Origin: Patescibacteria group bacterium
Lineage (GTDB): Bacteria; Patescibacteriota; Minisyncoccia; Phycocordibacterales; CAIZLB01
Assembly (NCBI GenBank): GCA_040384445.1
Contig: JAZKJG010000001.1
Span: 135,650-199,649 of the forward strand
Reading direction: 5' to 3'
DNA length: 64,000 nucleotides
Part shown: in pieces, positions 1 to 10,557 of the stretch
How the letters are laid out: the number at the start of each line of letters is the position of its first letter
Position numbering within the stretch: the first letter of the stretch is position 1
Notes under the pieces: generated by a model
What the model was told of the DNA's origin: nothing
Seen by the model: only the letters and a program-made list of their open reading frames with translations
The model's database searches: none
Translations under genes and position numbers: made by a program

Positions 1-1
1 A

Positions 2-118
2 CAAACATATTCAAAAACACTAGGAGATCCAAATGTATCTCTCGTGGAGTACAAACATGTTATGATTATAGACACAACAACGTACGCAATTTACGCGCAA
101 TCAGTTTTAAGTAAATAG
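2..118 (+). CDS. 3' end of a hypothetical CDS truncated by the window start
   Basis: Open frame QTYSKTLGD...SVLSK ending in TAG at 116-118, 7 bp before the next ATG. Confidence 0.45.
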   Translation, partial: QTYSKTLGDPNVSLVEYKHVMIIDTTTYAIYAQSVLSK

Positions 119-125
119 AACCTAT

Positions 126-992
126 ATGATTACAAAAGAGAAACAAGAACACATTCAACAAAAAGCTCACGATATTCGAGTTTCTATTATTGAAATGCTT
201 GCCAAGGCAAAATCAGGACATCCTGGTGGACCGCTAGGAATGGCTGATATTTTTGCAACGTTATATTTTCATATTTTACATCACGAACCATCAAACCCTT
301 TTCTTGCAAACAGAGATAGACTTGTACTTTCAAATGGACATATTTGTCCAGTACTCTATGCGTCAATGGCCCATGCTGGATATTTTTCTCTAGATACATT
401 GATGACGCTTCGGCAGTTTAAGTCAGTACTCCAAGGACACCCTCATCGAGAATTTTTGCCATCTCTTGAAACAAGTTCAGGTCCACTTGGATCAGGATTG
501 TCTCAGGCTGTAGGTATGGCAATTGCAGACAAAAGGGATTTTGGTTCAGCATACCCACGATATATTTATTGCATGCTTTCAGATGGAGAGCATAACGAAG
601 GTCAAATCTGGGAGGCTGCACTCTTGGCACCACGAGAAAAATTAGGAAACCTTATTGTGTTTGTTGATAGAAACTATATTCAAATTGATGGAAATACAGA
701 AGATATTATGCCCCTTGATCCGCTTGATAAAAAGTACGAAGCGTTTAACTGGCACGTGCAAAACATTGATGGACACAACATCAAAGCCATTGCGCACGCT
801 GTAGAACAAGCAAAAGCTCACACAGAAAAACCATCTATTATTATTGCACGAACAATTCCAGGAAAAGGAGTGCATTATATGGAAGGAAGATATGAATGGC
901 ATGGAACGCCACCAGGTATTTCAAATGTAGCTGGTGCACCAGAGAAAGAAGAGCAAGTTGAAGTAGCACTTGACGATTTACGACATGAATAA
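126..992 (+). CDS. Transketolase, N-terminal (TPP-binding) subunit
   Basis: SGHPGG, DRLVLSNGH, LQGHP, SGPLGSGL and DGEHNEGQIWEA motifs; 288 aa split-type enzyme. Confidence 0.95.
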   Translation: MITKEKQEHIQQKAHDIRVSIIEMLAKAKSGHPGGPLGMADIFATLYFHILHHEPSNPFLANRDRLVLSNGHICPVLYASMAHAGYFSLDTLMTLRQFKSVLQGHPHREFLPSLETSSGPLGSGLSQAVGMAIADKRDFGSAYPRYIYCMLSDGEHNEGQIWEAALLAPREKLGNLIVFVDRNYIQIDGNTEDIMPLDPLDKKYEAFNWHVQNIDGHNIKAIAHAVEQAKAHTEKPSIIIARTIPGKGVHYMEGRYEWHGTPPGISNVAGAPEKEEQVEVALDDLRHE

Positions 993-1746
993 TTCTTATA
1001 TTGTTAAAACAGAACATTTTGAAGGTCCTCTCGATGTTCTTTTAACATTGATAGAAAAAAGGAAATTACTCATCAATCAGGTCTCGCTTGCAACTGTGAC
1101 TGAAGAATTTATGCGGCATATTGAAAGTTTACATGCCCCAGAGTTTATAAAAGAAAAAACTAGTTTTGTTGTAGTTGCGTCAGTTTTGTTGCTTATTAAA
1201 GCCAGATCGCTTCTGCCGACACTTACCGTTACAGAAGAGGAAACTGAAGATATTGTAGATCTTGAACGAAGACTAAAAACATTAGAGTTTATTCGTTCTA
1301 TCAGCAAACAAATTGAAGCAAAGTATGGAAAGAAAATAATTTACAACCAAGGGAATTTTAAAAGAGATTTTTGTATTTTTGCGCCATCAAACGATATTTC
1401 TATTTCAAATATACATGAAGCCGTAGGGAGGGTGATGCATAAACTTCCAAAACCTGAAAAGAAAATACCTGAGGTAAAGATTCGAACAGTTGTAAGTATA
1501 GAAGAAATGATGCAAACTCTCACAACTCGTATTCAGAAGGCAATTTCGACGACTTTTACACAATTTACAAAAGCAAATGCATCTGGAGGAGATGTGAAAG
1601 AAGTGAAACAAAATGTTGTAGTGAGTTTTCTTGCACTCCTTGAACTCGTAAAACAAAACACAATTTTTGTTGAGCAAACTCAAATGTTTGCTGAGATTGA
1701 TATTAAAAGTGTTGAACATACAGGGGTAGGAACACCTGTGTTATAA
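985..1746 (+). CDS. scpA: Segregation/condensation protein A (kleisin)
   Basis: FEGPLDVLLTLI N-terminal and FLALLELVK C-terminal motifs; ATG at 985 preferred over TTG at 970; adjacent to scpB. Confidence 0.93.
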   Translation: MNNSYIVKTEHFEGPLDVLLTLIEKRKLLINQVSLATVTEEFMRHIESLHAPEFIKEKTSFVVVASVLLLIKARSLLPTLTVTEEETEDIVDLERRLKTLEFIRSISKQIEAKYGKKIIYNQGNFKRDFCIFAPSNDISISNIHEAVGRVMHKLPKPEKKIPEVKIRTVVSIEEMMQTLTTRIQKAISTTFTQFTKANASGGDVKEVKQNVVVSFLALLELVKQNTIFVEQTQMFAEIDIKSVEHTGVGTPVL

Positions 1747-1755
1747 TACAACTAT

Positions 1756-2286
1756 ATGACAGAACAAAAGCTAGAAGCGTATTTATTTTTTAAAGGGGAG
1801 CCTGTGACAATTAAAGAAATTGCACGAGATTTGAAAATTTCTCAAGAAGAGGTTACTGAAGCATTACAGATACTTGAAGAAGATCACTCTAAGGCAAAAA
1901 GAGGGGTTGTAATCGTGCAATATGACGGAGTTGTAACACTTGGAACGCACCCTGACACAAGTGAGATTATTACAGCGCTTACTAAAGAAGAATTACAAAG
2001 AGATCTTGGAAAATCAGCTCTCGAGACATTAACAATTATTTTATACCAAGGACCAATTACTCGAAGTAGAATCGATCATATTCGAGGGGTAAACTCTAAC
2101 TTTATTTTACGAAATCTTTTAATGAGAGGACTTGTGTCTCGAGTTCCAGATCCAACAGACGAGAGATCTTTCGTATACACACCCTCGCTTGATCTTCTGA
2201 CGCATCTTGGAATCACAAAAATTGAAGATTTACCTGATTTTGAACATGTGGGGACTACTCTCAAAAGTTTTGTTGAGGCAGAGTAG
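1756..2286 (+). CDS. scpB: Segregation/condensation protein B
   Basis: LEAYLF..GEP, ALETLTIILYQGPITRSRIDHIRGVNS motifs. Confidence 0.95.
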   Translation: MTEQKLEAYLFFKGEPVTIKEIARDLKISQEEVTEALQILEEDHSKAKRGVVIVQYDGVVTLGTHPDTSEIITALTKEELQRDLGKSALETLTIILYQGPITRSRIDHIRGVNSNFILRNLLMRGLVSRVPDPTDERSFVYTPSLDLLTHLGITKIEDLPDFEHVGTTLKSFVEAE

Positions 2287-2309
2287 GGTGCTGTGCTACA
2301 ATATCAAGC

Positions 2310-3398
2310 ATGATTATCCTCAGTGCTCTTAAAGTGTTGATTCCAACACTTTGCTCATTCATTATAGGTATGTGCATTACTCCTTTTTTGAGTAGACACA
2401 TGTATATATATCGAATGTGGAAACGAAAGTCTCGAAGTGCTGAAAATACAGAAGCAATGTCTTTGGATTTTCAAAAAATTCATAACCATGCAGCTGAGGT
2501 GAATACTCCACGGGTTGGAGGGGTGGTTGTATGGCTTTCTGTTCTTGCAACGCTTATTCTTGCGTATCTTTCACAATTTGCAGCAATAGCTTTCATCGAC
2601 ACATCACATTTGATTACGTATGACATTTTAAATCGATTAAATTTCTTGTCACTTAATCAAACTGCACTTCTTGTGATAGCCTTCTTCGCTGGATCAATTT
2701 TTGGGCTTGTTGATGATTTACTTCAGATTTTTGGAAATGATTTTAAAATGAGTGATGGGATTTCTCGAACACTTCGAATGACTTTTGTAATTGTAGTGGC
2801 ATGCGTTGGGGCGTGGTGGTTTTACAGTAAACTCGGAATGGACTCAATACATATTCCATTTTATGGGGATTTCTATCTTGGATTTGGGTTTGTTTTCCTC
2901 TTTATTCTTGCAGTGGTTGGAACATTTTCAGGAGGGGTAATTGACGGAATTGATGGACTAGCTGCTGGGGTAATGATCGCAGCATTTGGATCGTACACAC
3001 TTATTGCGTTCTCACAGTCACAATATGATTTGGCTGCATTTGGTGGCGCAATTATGGGAGGATTAATGGCGTTCTTGTGGTTCAATGTGCCTCCGGCCAG
3101 ATTTTATCTTGGCGAAACTGGAATGCTCGGACTCAGTATGGTACTTGCAATGTTTGCATTCCTGACAAAAGAGGTTGTTGTGCTTTTGATTATTGCATTT
3201 CCACTTGTTGCAACATCATTGTCGTCATCAATCCAGATGTTTTCAAAGAAATATTTTCATAAAAAAATATTTAGAATTGCACCACTGCACCACCATTTTC
3301 AGGCAATCGGTTGGTCATCACCTAAAGTTACGATGCGATACTGGATTGTATCAGCGATTTGCGGAGTTACAGGAGTAATTGTTGCATTACTAGGATAA
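2310..3398 (+). CDS. mraY: Phospho-N-acetylmuramoyl-pentapeptide transferase
   Basis: TPRVGG, GLVDD, DGIDGLA, APLHHHF motifs; multi-TM; next to ftsW and murG. Confidence 0.93.
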   Translation: MIILSALKVLIPTLCSFIIGMCITPFLSRHMYIYRMWKRKSRSAENTEAMSLDFQKIHNHAAEVNTPRVGGVVVWLSVLATLILAYLSQFAAIAFIDTSHLITYDILNRLNFLSLNQTALLVIAFFAGSIFGLVDDLLQIFGNDFKMSDGISRTLRMTFVIVVACVGAWWFYSKLGMDSIHIPFYGDFYLGFGFVFLFILAVVGTFSGGVIDGIDGLAAGVMIAAFGSYTLIAFSQSQYDLAAFGGAIMGGLMAFLWFNVPPARFYLGETGMLGLSMVLAMFAFLTKEVVVLLIIAFPLVATSLSSSIQMFSKKYFHKKIFRIAPLHHHFQAIGWSSPKVTMRYWIVSAICGVTGVIVALLG

Positions 3399-3399
3399 T

Positions 3400-4560
3400 A
3401 TGTTCAAAGATTTATTTAAAAGAAAGGCTAAAAAATCAAAAACACTTGCTCGAATGGAAGCAGGTGTGGATTTACCATTTGTAGTAATTACAGCGCTTCT
3501 TGTGGGTTGCGGATTGATTATTTTTTCTTCAGCAACACTTATGCTTATTGGAACCGTGAAGTATGATGCTGTACGGTTCAATCAATACGGGCTTGGATTT
3601 ATCGGAGGTCTCATTCTGTTATATGGAGCCTACAAAATACCTCTTGTATATTGGAGGAAGCTTTCGTTTTATATGTACATAGGTGCAGTACTTCTTATGA
3701 TCGGAGTATTTATTCCAGGACTTGGAGTATTTCACGGTGGGGCGCATAGATGGGTTCGGTTTGCCGGATTTCAATTTCAGCCTGCTGAAATATATAAAAT
3801 TAGTGCGGTACTGTATATGAGTATGTGGTTTGTTCGAGATTTTGGAAAAAAAATTACAACAAAAGAAAATTTTCACAGAAGAACAATTCCACTTCTGGTT
3901 GTCATGGGGATCACTGCAATACTGCTATTGTTACAGCCTGACACTGATACATTTTTAGTTACAATTGTCTCTCTTGTGACAATTTATATTGTTGCCGGAG
4001 GACATATGAAAGATGTATTTTTACTTGGATTGATTGGAGTTCTTGGGCTTGGAGTTATTATCATGAGTCGTCCATATGTATTAAAAAGATTTCAAACATT
4101 TATGAATCCAAGTCTTGATCCAACAGGAAGTGGGTATCAAGTGCAACAATCACTTATTGCTATAGGAACTGGTGGAGTGTTTGGTCGAGGGTATGGTCAG
4201 AGTATTCAGAAATTTAAATATTTACCAGAACCTATTGGTGACTCAATTTTTGCGGTTGCATCAGAGGAATTTGGTTTTACTGGAGTATTTCTTTTAATTT
4301 CCCTTTATATTGCTTTTGCGTTGCGTTCACTTCGACTTGCTACAAAGTCTTCTTCGTACGGATCTTTAGTTATTGTCGGGTTGACGTCGCTTATTGTGAT
4401 TCAATCATTTTTAAATATGGCAGCCATGCTCGGTCTCATACCGCTCTCAGGAACGCCACTTATCTTCGTAAGTCATGGAGGAACTGCACTATTGATGTCT
4501 CTATTTGCCATTGGAATCATGCTCTCGGCCTCTCGTGAGAGAAAAGTTGGTGTGCAGTAG
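3400..4560 (+). CDS. ftsW: SEDS family peptidoglycan glycosyltransferase FtsW
   Basis: GAHRW, FQPAE, LQPD, GYQVQQSLIAIGTGG, YLPEPIGDSIFAV; lies between mraY and murG. Confidence 0.92.
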   Translation: MFKDLFKRKAKKSKTLARMEAGVDLPFVVITALLVGCGLIIFSSATLMLIGTVKYDAVRFNQYGLGFIGGLILLYGAYKIPLVYWRKLSFYMYIGAVLLMIGVFIPGLGVFHGGAHRWVRFAGFQFQPAEIYKISAVLYMSMWFVRDFGKKITTKENFHRRTIPLLVVMGITAILLLLQPDTDTFLVTIVSLVTIYIVAGGHMKDVFLLGLIGVLGLGVIIMSRPYVLKRFQTFMNPSLDPTGSGYQVQQSLIAIGTGGVFGRGYGQSIQKFKYLPEPIGDSIFAVASEEFGFTGVFLLISLYIAFALRSLRLATKSSSYGSLVIVGLTSLIVIQSFLNMAAMLGLIPLSGTPLIFVSHGGTALLMSLFAIGIMLSASRERKVGVQ

Positions 4561-4583
4561 ACAAGAGTGATATACTCGTATAC

Positions 4584-5723
4584 ATGAAAATCGTTATTAC
4601 CGGTGGTGGTTCAGGCGGACATTTTTATCCTTTGATGGCTGTTGCAGACGCTATTCTTCAGCAAGCACGAGAGCAAACCTTGGTAGAGCCTCGGTTGTAT
4701 TATATTGGACCAGATGAATATAATCCTAAAGAATTGTTTGAACGTGGCATTCAGTTTATCCGTGTACCAGCAGGTAAAAGAAGAGTTAATCCTTCAGGAG
4801 TGGCGATCATTAACAATTTTATTGACCTTTTTAAGATGGGTATAGGATGTGTGGTGGCTCTCGTGAAAATGTTTACTCTATTTCCTGATGTTGTATTTGC
4901 TAAAGGTGGATATGCAAGTTTCCCAACACTTCTGGCAGCAAAGATTTTAGGTATTCCTGTAATTATTCATGAATCAGATTCTGTTCCAGGAAGAGTAAAT
5001 GCATGGGCCGCAAAATTTGCAAAACGAGTTGCTGTTTCATTTAAAGAATCAGCAGAATATTTCGATGCAAAAAAAACTGCATTCACGGGTAACCCTGTTC
5101 GAAAAGAAATTTCAAATCCACTTCAGACTGGTGCGTTGGAATATCTTGAGCTAGATAAAGATTTACCTGTAATCACTGTACTTGGAGGTTCGCAAGGGTC
5201 AAAACGTATTAATGATTTGATGATGAGGACTATTCCTGAACTTACAAAGAAATATCAAATTATTCATCAAACAGGAAAGTCACACTTTGAAATTGTGTCA
5301 GGTATGAGTAAGTTGGCTCTCGATGGTGCAACACATCCTGAAAGATATAAGCCGATCGGATACTTATCAACAATGGTTATTCGAATGGTTGCAGGTGTTT
5401 CAAATATTATTATTACAAGAGCAGGTTCTGGAATTTTCGAAATTGCTGTATGGGGGGTACCAAGTATTTTAATACCGATCACTGATTCTCATGGGGATCA
5501 CCAGAGAAAAAATGCATACAACTACGCAAGAACAGGAGCAGGGGTTGTAATTGAAGAAGCAAACCTTACTCCACAGATTTTAATACATGAAATTGAGACT
5601 ATAATTCAGAACCAAACGCTTAGAGATCAGATGTCTGCAGCAGCTAAAGAGTTTGCTCGAACAGATGCTGCTGATGTGATTGCAAAGGAGGTAATTAACC
5701 TTGCATTGAAGCATGAAGTGTAG
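4584..5723 (+). CDS. murG: Lipid II N-acetylglucosaminyltransferase MurG
   Basis: GGGSGGHFYP, KGGYAS, HESD, GNPVR, GGSQG, HQRKNA motifs. Confidence 0.96.
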   Translation: MKIVITGGGSGGHFYPLMAVADAILQQAREQTLVEPRLYYIGPDEYNPKELFERGIQFIRVPAGKRRVNPSGVAIINNFIDLFKMGIGCVVALVKMFTLFPDVVFAKGGYASFPTLLAAKILGIPVIIHESDSVPGRVNAWAAKFAKRVAVSFKESAEYFDAKKTAFTGNPVRKEISNPLQTGALEYLELDKDLPVITVLGGSQGSKRINDLMMRTIPELTKKYQIIHQTGKSHFEIVSGMSKLALDGATHPERYKPIGYLSTMVIRMVAGVSNIIITRAGSGIFEIAVWGVPSILIPITDSHGDHQRKNAYNYARTGAGVVIEEANLTPQILIHEIETIIQNQTLRDQMSAAAKEFARTDAADVIAKEVINLALKHEV

Positions 5724-5760
5724 GGCTTGCATTTAAGTTTGATATAGTATATAGTACATA

Positions 5761-5827
5761 TGTGGTTGTCAAAGACGCAAGTCTGCGATAACCACACTGA
5801 AAAAACTCACAGCAATGTGAGTTTTTT
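5761..5827 (+). ncRNA. Candidate small RNA (promoter, hairpin, terminator; no ORF)
   Basis: TTGCAT(5727)-17 bp-TATAGT(5750); hairpin TGTGGTTGTC-aa-AGAC-GCAA-GTCT-gc-GATAACCACA; then terminator AAAAAACTCACA-gcaa-TGTGAGTTTTTT. Confidence 0.5.
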
Positions 5828-5833
5828 CACGTA

Positions 5834-7225
5834 TTAGTCTATAACCTCAAACCCTGCATCTTTAATCTCTTCTCTAAGTCTGTCAGCCTCTGTCCAGTCC
5901 TTCTTATTTCGAGCTATTGTTCGAGCAGCAAAGAGGGCCTGAATCTCTGCAGGAATTTCTCGTACTATATCTGCAGTTAGTGCGTCAACCAATTTTAATC
6001 CTAAGATTGCATCAGTTTTTGTAATAAAAGTTTCAAAGTCTTTTTTCGATAGGCTTGATACTGTAGTCTCATTTTTCAATGTGTCCCATAGAAAGGCCAG
6101 TACTTGTGCTGTATTTAAATCATCAGTAATTCTTTCTGTCAATCCTATTGTCAATATCTCAAGTATTTTGTCGTCCGTTCCATCTGCTAACCCTGCCCAA
6201 ATAGCTTTAATTCGCCCTAGGAGACGAGAATATGCAGTTTGTGCACTCAACAAGCTTTCCTCATCAAACATGGTTTCTTGGCGATATTTTGACTGTAAAA
6301 GGAAATATCTAAAACCAAGTGGAGTAATGCCTTTTTCTGATAGATCAGAGAGTTTTATAAAGCTCCCATCTGACTTACTCATTTTTTTATCCTTCCAATT
6401 TAAGAACGCACCATGCATCCAGATGTTTGAAAGTGGCTTATGAGAAACACACTCACTTTGAGCAATTTCATTGTTGTGATGTACAGGGATATGATCAATT
6501 CCTCCAGTGTGAATATCCAACGTTTCCCCTAATAGTTTCTGCGACATTGCCGAACATTCAATATGCCATCCAGGAAATCCAACGCCCCACGGTGACTCCC
6601 ATTCTTGTTGACGTTTTTCACCAGCAGGTGAAAATTTCCAAAGAGCAAAATCATATGGAGAATATTTCTCATCACTGAGCTCAACCCGTTTACCAGCCTC
6701 CAGTCCTTTTAAATCAATATTGCCAAGCTTTCCATACTCTTCAAACGTTTGAACATCAAAATACATTCCTTCTGATGTTTTATACACATGCCCATTTGCT
6801 TCGAGTTTTTTAATTAAATCAATCTGCTCCTGTATGTATTCTGTTGCTTTAGGAAATTGAGTACCAGTTGTTACGATATTAAGATCTCGTAAATTTTCCA
6901 TAAAGATCTGTGTAAAATACTCTGAAATTTCTTTCGCCGTTTTTCCTTCTCGAGCCGCAGCTTTCTCAATCTTATCTTCACCTGTATCTGCATCAGAAAC
7001 AAGGTGTCCTACATCAGTAATATTAATAACTTGCTTCACATCATATCCTAAAAATTCACACGTTCGTCTAACTGTATCAGCAAACACATATGATCGGAGA
7101 TTTCCAATATGTGGGTAATCATATACGGTTGGGCCGCAATGATACATCCGAACAGTATTGTCTTTCGGTTCGAGTGCTTTAATTTCTTTAGAGAGAGTGT
7201 CGTAGAGTTTGAGAATGTGAGTCAT
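5834..7225 (-). CDS. cysS: Cysteine--tRNA ligase
   Basis: CGPTVY, HIGN, DFALWK, GFPGWHIECSAM, KMSKS motifs. Confidence 0.97.
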   Translation of the reverse strand: MTHILKLYDTLSKEIKALEPKDNTVRMYHCGPTVYDYPHIGNLRSYVFADTVRRTCEFLGYDVKQVINITDVGHLVSDADTGEDKIEKAAAREGKTAKEISEYFTQIFMENLRDLNIVTTGTQFPKATEYIQEQIDLIKKLEANGHVYKTSEGMYFDVQTFEEYGKLGNIDLKGLEAGKRVELSDEKYSPYDFALWKFSPAGEKRQQEWESPWGVGFPGWHIECSAMSQKLLGETLDIHTGGIDHIPVHHNNEIAQSECVSHKPLSNIWMHGAFLNWKDKKMSKSDGSFIKLSDLSEKGITPLGFRYFLLQSKYRQETMFDEESLLSAQTAYSRLLGRIKAIWAGLADGTDDKILEILTIGLTERITDDLNTAQVLAFLWDTLKNETTVSSLSKKDFETFITKTDAILGLKLVDALTADIVREIPAEIQALFAARTIARNKKDWTEADRLREEIKDAGFEVID

Positions 7226-7240
7226 AAGTAAGATTAGAGA

Positions 7241-8149
7241 TTATAGCCAACGTCGCATTTTGAAAAATGAAAGTAGAACACTTGAAAGGGCTACAAATCC
7301 CCCTAGAAGAATCCAAAATCCCATAGGATGTTGCACGATAGGCATATGGATCACATTCATTCCAAAAACCGCCGCTAAAAAGTTAATAGGTAAAAATACA
7401 AAAGTAAGTATTGTAAATGTTTGAATCAATCTGTTTTGTCGTGCATTGATCAGTGTACTTTGTGTATCTCGAAGCTCGTGAATGTATGCTCCAAGTTTAT
7501 CAAGTTTTATGGTCAATCTATGCAGTTCTCCTCGTAACTTTGTCCAAACTCGAGGGTTACTTTTCTTTGTCAGACCATGTTTTTGTTCTTGTTCATACAT
7601 TGATTCGATAATATCTCCATGTGCTGCAATAGGGAAATCAATAGCAAGATATGCCCGGTGGATGTCTGAAATTGTTTCAATATGTTCTTTGTCTGTAAAG
7701 ATTTTCTCTCGAAGTTCTTTTACATGCAGTACAAGTGCATCAACATCACTATGTTTTGTCTTGTAAATGTGAGTAATCAAGTGCCACCATAGTTCAGCAG
7801 CTGTACTTTCAGGATTATGTGACATAGCGTACTCGACATCGATGTTTAATATATCAAGTGGGCTATAGCAAATTGTGATAATTGTATTATCTCGAATCAA
7901 GACATCGACTTCTTCCTCAACATAATGAAGCGTGGCAGGATCAGTTTTTTTGTGAACTGGTATATGGAAAACTGCATAAGTTGTCCCTTGAATATCCATA
8001 CATACAGGTTGCGGAGTAGGGGTCTGTAGTTCTTCTAAGTATTCGTCACCAATATTCATCTCGTGCATTATAGTTTGAATCTCAGCTTTACTTGGAGAGA
8101 TGGCAATTTTCCATGTAGTACCAACCGCATTTGTATGTGTTGTGATCAT
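7241..8149 (-). CDS. CorA family divalent cation transporter
   Basis: C-terminal two TM helices with FGMN signature. Confidence 0.85.
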   Translation of the reverse strand: MITTHTNAVGTTWKIAISPSKAEIQTIMHEMNIGDEYLEELQTPTPQPVCMDIQGTTYAVFHIPVHKKTDPATLHYVEEEVDVLIRDNTIITICYSPLDILNIDVEYAMSHNPESTAAELWWHLITHIYKTKHSDVDALVLHVKELREKIFTDKEHIETISDIHRAYLAIDFPIAAHGDIIESMYEQEQKHGLTKKSNPRVWTKLRGELHRLTIKLDKLGAYIHELRDTQSTLINARQNRLIQTFTILTFVFLPINFLAAVFGMNVIHMPIVQHPMGFWILLGGFVALSSVLLSFFKMRRWL

Positions 8150-8194
8150 AATGTATTAGAGTATATCACATATATGTGGTATGATGTGCATATT

Positions 8195-9052
8195 ATGCTT
8201 AAAACAACGTTTACATCTTATAAAGAACGATTTAAAGAGTTTATGGGAATTTTGAAGCCGGTGATTATTATAGAAATTATACTTTTAGTATTAGCGATAG
8301 TCTCAGGTCTATCTTCGGACAGAGAAATGTATGTGGGAATTGTGCTTGCATCACTTGGATTAATTATATTTGCAGTTATCGAATGGCTTATTTATGCATC
8401 TGCAGCATTTCGAACAATTCAAAAAAGAGAATTAGGTGAGGCAATTACAATTCATCAGGCTATTGCCTTTCAAAAAACAGACAAGTGGAATTTTGCTGTT
8501 CTTAGTTTCTGGGCAATGTTATATACACTGGCGTACTTAATCTTATCTGGAGCACCAATTGCCTTAGGGATAATTGGAGGCTTTGCGCTTATGGGCTTTG
8601 GCAAAATTGGACTTTTCGCAGGTACTCTTATTATGATTGGGGGATGTGCATGCGGATTATATCTCGCATACCAAAACATTCCTAAGATATTTTTCCCGCT
8701 CAATATCTATTTTGTAAAAGGCAAGGATCCAAGAGAATGTGTTGAAGAATCTGTTGAAATTGGTAAGGTGCATCGAAATACTATCTGGAAATTTATCGGG
8801 GGTATTGTAGTAATTAACTTAATTGCATTTGCGTTTGTCATCATTCCTGAATTCTTTAATCCACAAACTCTTTCTGAGGAAAATATTACAACAGGATTCG
8901 ATATTCTTAACATGACGCTCCAGGTTGTTGTCGGAATTTTGTTCGTGACTCCTATGACATACCTCTATATGTCTAAAGCATATGCAAAAATGCGAGCAGT
9001 TACAGAACCCGCTATACCGCATGTAGTCGTAACTCCAGAATCTGTACAATAA
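8195..9052 (+). CDS. Hypothetical multi-pass membrane protein
   Basis: About six hydrophobic helices; ATG at 8195 follows a TGGTATGAT -10 element. Confidence 0.7.
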   Translation: MLKTTFTSYKERFKEFMGILKPVIIIEIILLVLAIVSGLSSDREMYVGIVLASLGLIIFAVIEWLIYASAAFRTIQKRELGEAITIHQAIAFQKTDKWNFAVLSFWAMLYTLAYLILSGAPIALGIIGGFALMGFGKIGLFAGTLIMIGGCACGLYLAYQNIPKIFFPLNIYFVKGKDPRECVEESVEIGKVHRNTIWKFIGGIVVINLIAFAFVIIPEFFNPQTLSEENITTGFDILNMTLQVVVGILFVTPMTYLYMSKAYAKMRAVTEPAIPHVVVTPESVQ

Positions 9053-9054
9053 TT

Positions 9055-9663
9055 ATGTATATCAAAACCCTCAAAGTACTTGCATCACTCATTGTCGCAC
9101 TCCTTATTATCTTTGTGGTGTTTAGGGTTATTGTTGCTGTAACTCCACCTGCAAGCTCTATTTCAGTTGATCAGACTGCAGTTATTAAGGAAATTCAAGC
9201 ACTTAACAAGATTGAGACGGCTTCATTTACCATAGAAAAAATTATAGAAGGTGGAAGTGAGGGAAATGCATTTCAAAAAATTCTTTTTGGAGATAAAATT
9301 CTCTTGATCGCACATGGAAGTGTGGTTGCTGGATTTGATTTAAGTAAAATAAAAGCCGAAGATGTGACTGCAGAAGGAAAAAAACTGACTGTAAAATTGC
9401 CTGCACCTGAGATTTTATATAGTAGACTCGACAACAGTCAAACAAAAGTATATGACAGAAAGCTTGGATTGTTGACAAAAGGAAGTACGACACTTGAGGC
9501 GGATGCGAGACTTGCGGCGGAGCAATCAATTCGAGAAGCGGCGTGTGTGGGAGGTATTTTTGATCAGGCAGTTGTAAATGTAAAACAGCAACTCGCAATT
9601 TTGTTCTTAAGTCTAGGGTTTAGTGAAGTAGTGTTTGATATTCCAGGAGCGGTGTGTAAGTAG
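9055..9663 (+). CDS. DUF4230 family protein
   Basis: N-terminal TM; LLIAHGSVVAGFDLSKI and LPAPEIL motifs. Confidence 0.75.
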   Translation: MYIKTLKVLASLIVALLIIFVVFRVIVAVTPPASSISVDQTAVIKEIQALNKIETASFTIEKIIEGGSEGNAFQKILFGDKILLIAHGSVVAGFDLSKIKAEDVTAEGKKLTVKLPAPEILYSRLDNSQTKVYDRKLGLLTKGSTTLEADARLAAEQSIREAACVGGIFDQAVVNVKQQLAILFLSLGFSEVVFDIPGAVCK

Positions 9664-9675
9664 TATACTTATACT

Positions 9676-10152
9676 ATGACTTTAAAAAATTTTTTTATTC
9701 TTGTCGGATGCATAGCATTATGCCAAAGTGCTGGTTTAATTGGAACGGTTTTTACCATAGACGCAATACCAACATGGTACGCAAATCTAAATAAACCCGC
9801 CTTAAATCCACCATCGTGGATATTTGGTCCTGTATGGATTATGTTGTATACGCTTATGGGAATTGCGCTGTATCAAGTGATTCAAAAGCATTGGTACAGA
9901 AAAGAAGTTAAAATCGCGATAAGTATTTTCAGTGTGCAGCTGCTTTTAAATGCAGTGTGGTCACCGGTTTTCTTTGGTGCTCAAAGGGTAGGAATTGCCC
10001 TTGGAGTTATTTCACTCATGTGGGTAAGTATTGTTGCAACAATTTTTGCATTTAAAAAAGTAAAAAATACGGCAGCATACTTGTTAATTCCATATATACT
10101 TTGGGTAAGTTTTGCTCTATATCTAAATTTTCAAATTTGGAAACTCAATTAG
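9676..10152 (+). CDS. tspO: TspO/MBR family tryptophan-rich sensory protein
   Basis: WYANLNKPALNPPSWIFGPVW, LNAVWSPVFF, PYILWVSFA motifs. Confidence 0.92.
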   Translation: MTLKNFFILVGCIALCQSAGLIGTVFTIDAIPTWYANLNKPALNPPSWIFGPVWIMLYTLMGIALYQVIQKHWYRKEVKIAISIFSVQLLLNAVWSPVFFGAQRVGIALGVISLMWVSIVATIFAFKKVKNTAAYLLIPYILWVSFALYLNFQIWKLN

Positions 10153-10523
10153 TTTTTACGAGTGTGAAGCGCCATAATATTGCCCTCAGTATCATACAAC
10201 CAGGCAATGTATCCCCATTCTCCAATATCTTTTTTACCAAACATAATGTGTACTCCTATCTCTTGTGCACGTTTTACTGCTGCGTCTATATCAGTGCAGG
10301 TAAAATACATAACTGGTCCTGTACTCCCTGGATGATATCCGTCTCCTTGCATAAGTACGCCGCTAATTCCTTTCGCATTGTCATCTGATGGAAACCATGA
10401 CGTTTTCCATCCAGGGATATCCTGACGCTTCATTGAAATTTCTAATACATGTTCATAAAATTTTGTTGCTCGATCGAGATCACTTACGGGAATCTCAAAC
10501 CAGCCAATTGGATTATATTGCAT
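10149..10523 (-). CDS. VOC/glyoxalase family protein
   Basis: WFEIPVSDLDRATKFY...DTEGN; start MQYNP at 10523. Confidence 0.88.
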   Translation of the reverse strand: MQYNPIGWFEIPVSDLDRATKFYEHVLEISMKRQDIPGWKTSWFPSDDNAKGISGVLMQGDGYHPGSTGPVMYFTCTDIDAAVKRAQEIGVHIMFGKKDIGEWGYIAWLYDTEGNIMALHTRKN

Positions 10524-10557
10524 ATCAATAGTATACGTGAAATGGTAAAATACTTCT

